A stretch of 64,000 nucleotides of DNA from a virus (Duplodnaviria; Caudoviricetes): IMG/VR virus record IMGVR_UViG_3300017763_003980. One strand, given 5' to 3'. This document shows, piece after piece, positions 1 through 8,658 of the stretch; position 1 is the first letter of the stretch, and each line of letters begins with the position of its first letter. The notes beneath the pieces were generated by a model. It did not search any database. It had not been told where the DNA came from and saw nothing but the letters and a program-made list of their open reading frames with translations. Made by a program: the position numbers and the translations under genes.

Positions 1-67
1 ACACACTCTTTGCATTCATGTCAATTGCCGCAAGTATATCTTTTACTGGGAGTTTTTGCTGTGCCAT
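1..67 (-). CDS. 5' end of a gene running off the window edge (MAQQKLPVKDILAAIDMNAKSV...); possibly a clamp-loader small subunit (gp62-like)
   Basis: Translated by hand. ATG at 67 overlaps the 3' end of kdsB and the frame is open to the edge. The KLPxKDILAAID start resembles, from memory, gp62-like proteins of large T4-related phages. Only 22 codons are visible. Confidence 0.4.
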   Translation of the reverse strand, partial: MAQQKLPVKDILAAIDMNAKSV

Positions 68-723
68 TCTTCTAAGTCCTCCGGAGTATTAATCTCCATA
101 CCATTATATTGTACACTCAAAACTCCTACTTGCCAACCGTTTTTTAACCATCGGAGTTGTTCTAATTTTTCTACTTCTTCTTCCTGGGTTACTTCTAGTT
201 TACTATACAGTTCTAATGGATTACGTTTGTATCCATATACTCCCAGATGCCAGTCGCCATAACCAGTTAAGCCTCTGCCGAACCACAGTGCTTGATCACC
301 AGCACGTACCATTTTTACTGAACTTGGATCATTTTGTTTTTCTTCAGGCATTTGTGTATACACCGAAGTAACTGAATAATTTTTTAAATGCCAAATACAT
401 TTTTCAATAATATCAACAGTTACATCTGGCATATCACCTTGTACATTTATAAACTGTTTGTATTGGTCGAACCTACTATCTCTCAATACACCTGCACATC
501 TTTCAGTACCGTTTTCGTAAGGATCGTCATGTACAACTATATTTCCTTTAGGAAATAAACTAGCTATACGCTTACTATCTGTAAGCACAAAGGTGTCTAA
601 GCCCGTCTCTAAGCAACGATCGTATACTCTACGTATCATCGGTACTCCGTTAAGTAACTTCAACGGCTTTTCAGGGAAGCGTGTTGATGCTAACCTAGCC
701 GGTATTAGTATAGCTGTATTCAT
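43..723 (-). CDS. kdsB: 3-deoxy-D-manno-octulosonate cytidylyltransferase (CMP-Kdo synthetase)
   Basis: Motifs IPARLASTRFPEKPL, GTERC, INVQGD, HLGVYGY and EKLEQLRWL; directly downstream of kdsA. Confidence 0.95.
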   Translation of the reverse strand: MNTAILIPARLASTRFPEKPLKLLNGVPMIRRVYDRCLETGLDTFVLTDSKRIASLFPKGNIVVHDDPYENGTERCAGVLRDSRFDQYKQFINVQGDMPDVTVDIIEKCIWHLKNYSVTSVYTQMPEEKQNDPSSVKMVRAGDQALWFGRGLTGYGDWHLGVYGYKRNPLELYSKLEVTQEEEVEKLEQLRWLKNGWQVGVLSVQYNGMEINTPEDLEEWHSKNSQ

Positions 724-1477
724 GTATCTCTCCTACTACTCGATCAAAGTCCTCTAGCTTTAGCATATTAGGACCGTCACTTGGTGCATTATCTGGGTCA
801 GGGTGTACTTCTATAAAGAAATTCCTAATCCCCAAAGCACTACCTGCACGGCATAAGCCAGGAACGTAATCGCGATTACCGCCGCTACTGCCTCCAAGAC
901 CGCCTGGTTTCTGTACTCCGTGCGTGGCATCAAGTACCACAGGGGTGCTATAATTATGAAGCATATAGTCCAAACCAGTAAAGTCAACAACAAGAGTATT
1001 GTATCCAAAACTTGTTCCTCTCTCTGTTATCCAAACATCTTTAGCACCTTCTGTCTTTGATAGTATACCGTCCATGTCCCAAGGTGCAAGGAACTGGCCT
1101 TTCTTAATGTTTACAATTTTATCTGTAGCACAAGCCGCTTGTAGTAAATCAGTTTGTCTACATAAGAATGCAGGTATCTGTAGCACGTCTACAGCATCAT
1201 TGTAGTAGTTTACTATGTCTTTAATTTGTTCTACTGTATGAACGTCTGTGAGCGTCTTAGAGCCCACTACACCACGTATCTCTTGAAAGTCATGTAGTGT
1301 TGTATTAAAGCCTACTCCACGCTTGCCTTTCATGCTACTTCTATTAGCTTTATCAAAACTAGCTTTAAAATAATATTCTGCACCATACTTACGACATACA
1401 TCTGCACAATGTTGTGCAATCTCTAAGCTATGTTCTAAGCTTTCGTGTTGGCAAGGTCCTGCAATTATTCTAATCAT
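695..1477 (-). CDS. kdsA: Kdo-8-phosphate synthase
   Basis: Motifs IAGPC, FKASFDKANRSS, LQIPAFLCRQTDLL, NIKKGQFLAPWDM, ERGTSFGYNTLVVD, DATHGVQKPG and EVHPDPDNAPSDGPN. Confidence 0.97.
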   Translation of the reverse strand: MIRIIAGPCQHESLEHSLEIAQHCADVCRKYGAEYYFKASFDKANRSSMKGKRGVGFNTTLHDFQEIRGVVGSKTLTDVHTVEQIKDIVNYYNDAVDVLQIPAFLCRQTDLLQAACATDKIVNIKKGQFLAPWDMDGILSKTEGAKDVWITERGTSFGYNTLVVDFTGLDYMLHNYSTPVVLDATHGVQKPGGLGGSSGGNRDYVPGLCRAGSALGIRNFFIEVHPDPDNAPSDGPNMLKLEDFDRVVGEIHEYSYTNTG

Positions 1478-1929
1478 TATTCATTTCTCATTATTAAAGT
1501 TTCGTCGTCCCAAGATTCTTTCTGTACATAAGGCTTTGGTGGCATTGTAAATAATGCTCGTGTAAAGTATGGATAAACATTACTTGGCTTACGTGCAAAT
1601 ACTACCCATCTATGTCCCATTCCTTGTGTAAAAGTAGGATACGTTTCGTCTATGAAATCTAACATACTTGTGCCTGTAGTAAACACATCATCACATATTA
1701 AAGGAAAGTCGTCGGAGTTACCAGATGCATATTCGTTTAACGCTTCGGCTAGTTTTAGTCCTCCACGAGGTATACCAACTGCTTCACTGAATGGACGATC
1801 TTGATAATCCATAATCATCTTTGCTAGACACTTCCATTCTTCATCTGTAATAGCATCACATTCTAGTTTCCATTGAAGTGATAATCCTGCGTGGCTGGTA
1901 AAGTTACCAAGTTGAAATAGTTCTGTCAT
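1477..1929 (-). CDS. Type I phosphoribosyltransferase, orotate PRTase-like
   Basis: VGIPRGG and the PRPP-binding LICDDVFTTGTSM motif. Start moved to 1929 (SD AAGGAG, ATGA overlap with the upstream gene). Confidence 0.75.
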   Translation of the reverse strand: MTELFQLGNFTSHAGLSLQWKLECDAITDEEWKCLAKMIMDYQDRPFSEAVGIPRGGLKLAEALNEYASGNSDDFPLICDDVFTTGTSMLDFIDETYPTFTQGMGHRWVVFARKPSNVYPYFTRALFTMPPKPYVQKESWDDETLIMRNE

Positions 1930-2201
1930 TTGTTCTCCTTTGATAGTAAATAGATATCTAAAACTTTTGAAAGACATTTTTTTAATGTCTTGTTTGTTCT
2001 AGCCAGCTCTGTTATTTCTTGCCAGTCTTTATATGTAAACAAGTCTCCTTGTTCCTTTGCTTTAGCACGATTGATGCCATCTGCATCTCCGCCTATAATC
2101 CATCTCGGAATGTCTTTATAAGGTTCATCTCTGTAACGTGCATACACAACGTTATCAACTCTTTCGTATATAAGTGCTTCGCCAGTTATTAGATTACTCA
2201 T
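1926..2201 (-). CDS. Hypothetical protein (91 aa)
   Basis: Tightly packed in the operon, with overlapping start and stop codons on both sides. Confidence 0.7.
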   Translation of the reverse strand: MSNLITGEALIYERVDNVVYARYRDEPYKDIPRWIIGGDADGINRAKAKEQGDLFTYKDWQEITELARTNKTLKKCLSKVLDIYLLSKENK

Positions 2202-2560
2202 TATTTTACCGGTGTACCAATAGTGCGTCTTACAATGTCATCGTGATTGAACTCTGCCCAATATAGCTCAAATGCTACACCATCTTTTAGTCCTTCAAAC
2301 TGATGTATCTTGCCAGGTTTAACTTGTGTAAAGTCACCTGCTTTTAAAATAGTTTCATCGACTAAACCTTCTTGTGCGCCATCTTGCCAAACACGAATTA
2401 GCATTTCGCCTGACTCAACAAAGAAGCCATTCCATTTAAATTGATGTTCATGCTCTGAACATTTGTATCCTGCTTTATATTCAATACGGTGAAATTCTAA
2501 TACACCATTTGCATGGACTAACTCTGTGTTACCCCAAATTTTACCAGCTTTGATTCCCAT
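2201..2560 (-). CDS. Small cupin (sugar isomerase-like)
   Basis: KIWG start, cupin metal motif 1 SEHEHQFKWNGFFVESG and motif 2 VKPGKIHQF. Confidence 0.8.
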   Translation of the reverse strand: MGIKAGKIWGNTELVHANGVLEFHRIEYKAGYKCSEHEHQFKWNGFFVESGEMLIRVWQDGAQEGLVDETILKAGDFTQVKPGKIHQFEGLKDGVAFELYWAEFNHDDIVRRTIGTPVK

Positions 2561-2561
2561 T

Positions 2562-3176
2562 TTAATCTCCTTCTATATAGTCTTCAAATGCTTCTACTGC
2601 TTCTTCAAACGTTAAGTATCTTCTGCCTTCTAATTTTAAACTAGCTGGCACAAAACACAGTGTCCATCTTCCTTGTGTTGAATCTGGATTATAAGTTGAA
2701 TGTAGTCGTCCTACATTAACTAAACTTACTTTATTAGTATTCGCTTCGTGTACTAATTCACAATCTTCTTTTAATGCAACTAAATTATGGTGCGTCCTTT
2801 CTGAAAAATCATCTGATACAGCTTCACTACCTAACATTTCTTGTGCAGCATCTGTTCCTACAATTTGTTGTGCTTTGCTAGATTCCCACCATCTTATAGT
2901 TCCTGTATCAGGACCATATGTAATGTTTATTTTAGCACGATCATCAATAGTTACATCATCACAATGAATTGGTATCTCCCCGTGATTGGGAGGAGTATAA
3001 AACACTTCAGTATGGCAAGTATATAATCCTAATGAATTCAACCATGTTTCTACATTATTACACTTCCAGGGGTTAATGTCTTCATGTCTCCATTTTTCCG
3101 GAGTTGTATTTAAAACTTCTGGCTTTGTTATATCAAATGGAAGTTTTAAATATCTATGATAGATATTATCTCTCAT
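2562..3176 (-). CDS. Double-stranded beta-helix Fe(II)/2OG oxygenase-like protein
   Basis: HxD motif (IPIHCD), distal His (GRLHSTYN) and RWTLCF; clear paralog of the adjacent gene. Confidence 0.6.
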   Translation of the reverse strand: MRDNIYHRYLKLPFDITKPEVLNTTPEKWRHEDINPWKCNNVETWLNSLGLYTCHTEVFYTPPNHGEIPIHCDDVTIDDRAKINITYGPDTGTIRWWESSKAQQIVGTDAAQEMLGSEAVSDDFSERTHHNLVALKEDCELVHEANTNKVSLVNVGRLHSTYNPDSTQGRWTLCFVPASLKLEGRRYLTFEEAVEAFEDYIEGD

Positions 3177-3814
3177 CTACTTTCCTTTATATACGGGCCA
3201 AATGCTTCTAGTGATTCTTTAAATGTAAGATGACTACGCCCTAGATCATATTTTAATTTATGACTTATTGGTACAAAGCATAGTGTCCATCGGCCCTCTG
3301 TTGGATGCGGATTATATGTTGAATGAAATTGACCTACATTAACTAAACTAACTTTATTAGTAGATGCTTCGTGTACTAATTCGCAGTCTTCTTTTGCAGG
3401 GAACCAAAAGTGTTTATTTTTTATATTATCAAGTATTTCTTTTTTACCTTTAAAGATTTCTCCTACATTTGCCATCTTTTTTGATTCATTATGAGACCAC
3501 CATCTTGTAGTGCCTCCGACGGGACCCCATGTGATATTAATTTTTGAACGATTATCTATTTTTTTACCGTCAACATGTATAGGCAAAAATCCATTTGGAG
3601 GAGTATAATAAGCAACCACATCATTTATAAAAAGCCCTAGTTTGCCTAGAAAATTATTTAAATTTTTACAAATCCACGGATTAAGCTCTTGATGATACAT
3701 GCCCTCAGGTTGTGTATCACATACAGGGTGTTTTGTAATATCAAAAGGAAGGTTTAAATATCTGTGATAGATATTTTCACTGTCTAATTTTTTTTCTGTC
3801 GTCGACCATTCCAT
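3173..3814 (-). CDS. Double-stranded beta-helix Fe(II)/2OG oxygenase-like protein (tandem paralog)
   Basis: LPIHVD ... GQFHSTYN ... RWTLCF; shares NIYHRYL and DCELVHEAxTNKVSLVNVG with 2562..3176. Start set at 3814 (SD AAGGA). Confidence 0.6.
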   Translation of the reverse strand: MEWSTTEKKLDSENIYHRYLNLPFDITKHPVCDTQPEGMYHQELNPWICKNLNNFLGKLGLFINDVVAYYTPPNGFLPIHVDGKKIDNRSKINITWGPVGGTTRWWSHNESKKMANVGEIFKGKKEILDNIKNKHFWFPAKEDCELVHEASTNKVSLVNVGQFHSTYNPHPTEGRWTLCFVPISHKLKYDLGRSHLTFKESLEAFGPYIKESR

Positions 3815-3825
3815 GTTATTCCTTT

Positions 3826-4332
3826 CTAGATTAACTTTGAATATTCTATTACTTCGCATTGCCTACTTATGTCTTTAACAAAAAATGCACATCGAGGTTT
3901 GTCAGTAGTGTCAATCGGTATAGTAAGTAACTGTCCGTTTTTCATTTTGGGAAAGTACCATTTTACATCAGTATAGAAGTTTACAATATTTATAGGAGCA
4001 AAGTCCATTTTGTAACTTGATAATGGATTAAACATAAACGCTTCAAATCCTCTGTCATTAATACTTGTTAATGGTAGAATTTCTAAATCCATACCACTTT
4101 CGCTGCACCCTACAGCCAAACTCCAATCAACTGGCATAGTGATTTCTTGCCCGCCTATATTTAAAACCATAGCAGGAGCACTAAATGATTCTAAGAAAAT
4201 AAGAGGAACAAAAAAGAAATCAGGATTTGCAGGGTCAGAATTATCAAGTACGCTAAATCGAACATCATCGTCTATTTGTTCGGGTAAATCTTCTAAGCTA
4301 AAGCACTTATTTTCTAATGTTAGTATTCTCAT
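3826..4332 (-). CDS. Conserved hypothetical protein with a Hint (intein-like) sequence pattern
   Basis: RILTLENKCFSLEDL...RFSVLD...VLNIGGQEITMPVDW...LPLTSINDRG follows the Hint strand pattern by eye. The catalytic Cys1, TxxH and HN residues are absent. Confidence 0.45.
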   Translation of the reverse strand: MRILTLENKCFSLEDLPEQIDDDVRFSVLDNSDPANPDFFFVPLIFLESFSAPAMVLNIGGQEITMPVDWSLAVGCSESGMDLEILPLTSINDRGFEAFMFNPLSSYKMDFAPINIVNFYTDVKWYFPKMKNGQLLTIPIDTTDKPRCAFFVKDISRQCEVIEYSKLI

Positions 4333-4335
4333 ATA

Positions 4336-5799
4336 TTAATTCCAATCTACCTTTTCTATGGTGAAGGGGTATTGTGCCTCCTTATAGAACTTCTTACGTT
4401 GCGTCAAATGTCGCTTCGCAAACTTGCACGTAGAAGTTAGATCCCATATTTGAACGAAGTCTTTATCTTTAGCCTTTCTAACGCCTCTGCCTATTGATTG
4501 GATTACTCTTACAAAACTTTTGCCTGGTTCAATTAATACAAGATTAAATATCCTTGGTATATTAATACCAACAGCTGCAACACCATATGTAGCAATAATT
4601 ACCTTGTTTGTACCTTCTTTAATTTCGTCGTATGTGTCTTTCCTATCTTTTAATTTTACATCGCCTTTAACAAATGTTGAATCAGGAATAAGTTCCTGCA
4701 ACATTTCACCTGCACTAATTCTATCTACTAGTATTAGTGTATTGCCTGATTGTGATATTGAGTTTAACATTTTGCCTATATAGTCTATCCTGTCTTTATT
4801 CGTAACAAGATATTTTAATTCTTCTTGATAGTTGCTATGTGCAACAGTATCAATCAGTTGTACCACATTAACATGGCATTGAGCTAGTACGCCTTTGTCT
4901 TGTAGTTCCTTCGCACTAATTTCTCCTATAACTGGACCTAATGAAGCATGAATACTTTCAAACTCAAACTTCTCTTTAGGTACTGTACCAGTTAATCCCC
5001 AACGTATTGGAGCGTTACGTAGGTTGCGAGTCAACAAGTTTTTTAGAACTTCTGCTTTCGCTTGGTGTACTTCGTCAACAATAATAGTGCTTACACCTTC
5101 TAGGAATTCAGCTAGCCCTAGTACTGCTGTGCCGTCCTTGTGCTTCTTGTCAAGTATATTCAAACTTTGCCAAGTGCAAATAGTGTGAGTCTTACCTAAT
5201 TGTTTCCTGTCTCCGAAGTACACCCCTACGTCGAGCCCACAGTTGATATAGTCTTCTTCTGTTTGTGCTACTAATGATTTGTTAGGCACAATAACTATAC
5301 TACGACCGTAAGGCTCAGCTATATGTGATAGTGTTGCTGTTGTAATTGTTTTACCTGCGCCAGTAGCAATCTGTTGCAAGCTTTGTGGATTAGCAATAAA
5401 ATTATTAATTGCTTCTACTTGGTAATCTCTTAGTATAACTTCTTCACCTTCTGCTGGATGACCTTTTGGCCATACAACACCTTTGTCAGCCCAATAGCGT
5501 TCTGTTACTGGCTTAAAGTCTAAGGTAATAGGATGCCTGTCGTCTTGTATGTCAACAATCTCAACATTATTTCGTTGTAAAACTCCCACGATAGTATCAA
5601 GATGATTAACATATCCAGTACCACCAATACCGAAAAAATTAACTTTGCCATCCCATCTTCCTAACTTATATTGTGGCATATAGCGAGCGTAAGGAACTTC
5701 AAACTTGAGTGCATTCGCAATCTTTCTACGAACATCGACCTCAAGGCCTTCAAGTTTAATGTTAACCTCGTCTTGTATAATTAATCTACAACTAGCCAT
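4336..5799 (-). CDS. uvsW: SF2 DNA helicase, UvsW-like
   Basis: LRDYQ, ATGAGKT, VDEVH, GLTGT and QSIGRGVR; located near uvsX, uvsY and gp32. Confidence 0.9.
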   Translation of the reverse strand: MASCRLIIQDEVNIKLEGLEVDVRRKIANALKFEVPYARYMPQYKLGRWDGKVNFFGIGGTGYVNHLDTIVGVLQRNNVEIVDIQDDRHPITLDFKPVTERYWADKGVVWPKGHPAEGEEVILRDYQVEAINNFIANPQSLQQIATGAGKTITTATLSHIAEPYGRSIVIVPNKSLVAQTEEDYINCGLDVGVYFGDRKQLGKTHTICTWQSLNILDKKHKDGTAVLGLAEFLEGVSTIIVDEVHQAKAEVLKNLLTRNLRNAPIRWGLTGTVPKEKFEFESIHASLGPVIGEISAKELQDKGVLAQCHVNVVQLIDTVAHSNYQEELKYLVTNKDRIDYIGKMLNSISQSGNTLILVDRISAGEMLQELIPDSTFVKGDVKLKDRKDTYDEIKEGTNKVIIATYGVAAVGINIPRIFNLVLIEPGKSFVRVIQSIGRGVRKAKDKDFVQIWDLTSTCKFAKRHLTQRKKFYKEAQYPFTIEKVDWN

Positions 5800-6958
5800 A
5801 TATACTACTATGTCTCCTAAATGGACTTAGATACTCTTCTCTAAAAATAACTAAATCACATGTATCTGTAACAAAGGTATCTAATGTTTTATCAAGCATA
5901 CTATCAAAACATAATGCTACTGTTGGTTTACATTCACAGTTTACAAGAAGTTTGGGTAGTTTATCTTTACTAATATACACTATTTTTGTTGATTTGTCAA
6001 CCCAATTATTAACTTTTCTATCCTTGACTAAATGATTAAATCCTGCATTTTTATCATCTAATCTAAATAATACACTTTGTTGATCTGAATTTAGTATATC
6101 TCTATAGTACGTAAGCATAGAATGTAATTGTAATTCAGCTTTATCTTTACTAAGAATAACCAGCATAGGAAATCTATCAAGTTGCCATAAACTTCCTAGC
6201 AGTTGATCTAAAGTTTCTATACTAGGTTTGCTTTCGTATACAACAGTATTTCTAAATGCAATAGACTCTGTAATATTTTTTGGGTCTAGTACATCTATAT
6301 GTGCCAAACCGTATTTGAATTTTCTATCAGCATATTTTAAAAATGTGTCATCATTTAATTTTCCTATGTCTGATTCCATTAATTCTTTTGCTGATTGATT
6401 AACATTACGTATTTGCATATCAAAAATACCAGGAACATATTTTTCTTTTTGTGCTTCCATATGTTTCATTTCATGATATACCTCAACTAATTCAGTATCA
6501 ATTTTAAAACTTTTACCAGCAAATCTATTAAGGATATTTAAAACATTTATTTCTGTATAATCAAAGAAATGTTCATGTGATCCTTTTTTATGATTGTATC
6601 CTTTAGCTTTATGAGATATTTCATTAATTAGCATTATGTCGGATTTCTTAAAAGGAAACCTAACTTTAATTTTATCATTTTTTAATGTAATGTATTTTTC
6701 TCTGTTAATCTCTCGCAAAGGATGCCTTAGCTTATTAATTTCTAAGGGAATATCGGCGTTGTCAAACTGATCTTTATATGCAAGAAGTTTTGTTTGCATT
6801 AATGCAAACTGTCTATCTGTAAGTGCAGTTCCTTTAAATACTTGCCTGGCTATACTATGCATAATAGTATAGTCTTCTTTCATTAGAGAAAAATTGTCAG
6901 ATTCTTTTCTAAATCCAGCAAGTAGTTCAAGGCAGTCTTCTATAGTATTCTCAAGCAT
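5792..6958 (-). CDS. Hypothetical protein (388 aa), first gene of the sigma70-driven uvsW operon
   Basis: Long ORF overlapping the uvsW start, with a perfect sigma70 promoter directly upstream. The C-terminal half alternates alpha/beta, but no family was recognised. Confidence 0.8.
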   Translation of the reverse strand: MLENTIEDCLELLAGFRKESDNFSLMKEDYTIMHSIARQVFKGTALTDRQFALMQTKLLAYKDQFDNADIPLEINKLRHPLREINREKYITLKNDKIKVRFPFKKSDIMLINEISHKAKGYNHKKGSHEHFFDYTEINVLNILNRFAGKSFKIDTELVEVYHEMKHMEAQKEKYVPGIFDMQIRNVNQSAKELMESDIGKLNDDTFLKYADRKFKYGLAHIDVLDPKNITESIAFRNTVVYESKPSIETLDQLLGSLWQLDRFPMLVILSKDKAELQLHSMLTYYRDILNSDQQSVLFRLDDKNAGFNHLVKDRKVNNWVDKSTKIVYISKDKLPKLLVNCECKPTVALCFDSMLDKTLDTFVTDTCDLVIFREEYLSPFRRHSSIYG

Positions 6959-6963
6959 ACTAT

Positions 6964-6992
6964 ATTATAGCTTAAGAAAGCTTAGATGTCAA
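6964..6992 (-). promoter_or_regulatory. Consensus sigma70 promoter TTGACA-N17-TATAAT; predicted leaderless transcript
   Basis: On the minus strand, TTGACA at 6992-6987 and TATAAT at 6969-6964, only 5 nt before the ATG at 6958. Confidence 0.85.
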
Positions 6993-7820
6993 GTTCTTTA
7001 ATGGTATTCCTGCAGATATTTCATCTAATGTATATTCAGTATGTGCATAGTCATTGAGCCATTGTTGCCTATCTGGCATTTTTGGATTCATTATATCGTT
7101 TAAATTAAGATTACCTACATCATATGCTAAACTACTTGGTCCTACGAATGCAGGCTTACCTGCAATAATACTGTGTGGACCTGGGTTACTGCTCCAACAA
7201 ACTGTTGCCCATGCTGCTCTAACATCAAAGTCGTAGTCGTCGTATGTACTTTCTATTTTAGTAGGGGTTTGCCGTATAACATTTTTAAAATCATTCTCAA
7301 CATACTGTACAGGATATCTTGGATGGGGCCGCCAGTATATGGGCATATCAGTATGTTCACGAATTGTGTTAATAGTATTGCCTAACCATGCAGTCATATT
7401 AGGCATTAGTTCCCATTGCTGACTTTTTTCGTGTTGTCCGCATATAAGAATATAATCGCCCTCAGTTCGCCAATCTTTAAGATGTAGTCCTAGCTTATTA
7501 GCTCTTGTGTAGTCATTACCTGTTGGTCCGAAGTAGGCGTCGCGATTAATACCATTCAATCCTACTTTCCATGTAGTGCCTCTTTTTATACCGCCTACTT
7601 CAAGTACTATGGTTGGTTTTTTATTGTGTTGATTATCTTGCCATATACGTTTATTTGCAGCCATTCGGCCATGCCAAAGAACACTCCAAATAACATCAAC
7701 ATCACTGCTCCTATCATTATTGCTAACATCATAGCCAGCATCCATAAGACTGTTAGCAAAGGCATCAAAAACTGGTCGGCTATTGAGTGCGCCATAATCT
7801 CTCCATAAACTAAACTTCAT
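6972..7820 (-). CDS. KpsS/KpsC-like (capsule synthesis, GT107-type) GT-B glycosyltransferase, paralog 1
   Basis: YILICGQ, YWRPHP, WSSNPGPHSIIAGKPAFV and DRQQWLNDYA. Start set at 7820 (MKFSLW). Confidence 0.6.
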   Translation of the reverse strand: MKFSLWRDYGALNSRPVFDAFANSLMDAGYDVSNNDRSSDVDVIWSVLWHGRMAANKRIWQDNQHNKKPTIVLEVGGIKRGTTWKVGLNGINRDAYFGPTGNDYTRANKLGLHLKDWRTEGDYILICGQHEKSQQWELMPNMTAWLGNTINTIREHTDMPIYWRPHPRYPVQYVENDFKNVIRQTPTKIESTYDDYDFDVRAAWATVCWSSNPGPHSIIAGKPAFVGPSSLAYDVGNLNLNDIMNPKMPDRQQWLNDYAHTEYTLDEISAGIPLKNLTSKLS

Positions 7821-8658
7821 TCCAATATGCTTCCTGCCTTCGTTCCATGAGGTCTTTGTTTCTGCTACGTCCTTCTTTCTTTCTTGCACCTTTTAAGTGA
7901 TCTAACCATTTACCTAATTCACTGTTAATTAGAGGATGTCCGCCGCCTCCTGTCTTAGCAGGATTGTTGTAAATGTTTTCACTATAATCGTGTGCAGTAG
8001 GAAAGTCTGCTTTTAAATTATTAAGTATGTGTCCAAACACATAGCTGTCGTGCCATTCTTCCAATTTAAATATACCGTTATCGGCATCTTCGTATACTCT
8101 TTCAAACTCTTTAATAAATTCATGACATACAGGATGGTTCAAGTTAAGACCGTAAAATCCACACTCTGGCCATGTTTGTGATCCTTTACCTCGACCTACA
8201 TAAGTTATCCATGCGTTTTCTGGCAGCAAGTTTACAAAGTCATTGTAGGACCAAGGACTATGTACAAACGTATCTGCATCCATCCACACACACCAGTCCT
8301 TAGAGCGTGTTACAGCGTCATACACTGCGTATGTTTTATTAGCAAAGCGTACAGCGTCCCATTTAAATTCTTTATGCCAGTCACGAGGTCTACGTGCTTT
8401 AATATCATCTGGCGGTATACCATTTGCTTTTGGTACATCTTTCCAACGCTCTTTAAATGCTACGAGTTTAGGTAATGCTTCAGTAGCATCTAATATAGTA
8501 ATTTGATCTGGGTCTGGATTAACTGGAGTACAACCTTCTGCATATACTAACAGTTTAATACGCTTATCTATATTTTTTGCAAAACTATCTAAGAATCTCT
8601 GTCCATAAACTTCAAGTCCTTCTTTATGAAATGTTGTTAGTGCTGTTATATTTTTCAT
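7810..8658 (-). CDS. GT-A nucleotide-diphospho-sugar transferase
   Basis: DAVRFANKTYAV, DxD motif WMDADTF, ECGF and WHDSYVF; paralog of 15446..16231. Confidence 0.75.
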   Translation of the reverse strand: MKNITALTTFHKEGLEVYGQRFLDSFAKNIDKRIKLLVYAEGCTPVNPDPDQITILDATEALPKLVAFKERWKDVPKANGIPPDDIKARRPRDWHKEFKWDAVRFANKTYAVYDAVTRSKDWCVWMDADTFVHSPWSYNDFVNLLPENAWITYVGRGKGSQTWPECGFYGLNLNHPVCHEFIKEFERVYEDADNGIFKLEEWHDSYVFGHILNNLKADFPTAHDYSENIYNNPAKTGGGGHPLINSELGKWLDHLKGARKKEGRSRNKDLMERRQEAYWNEV

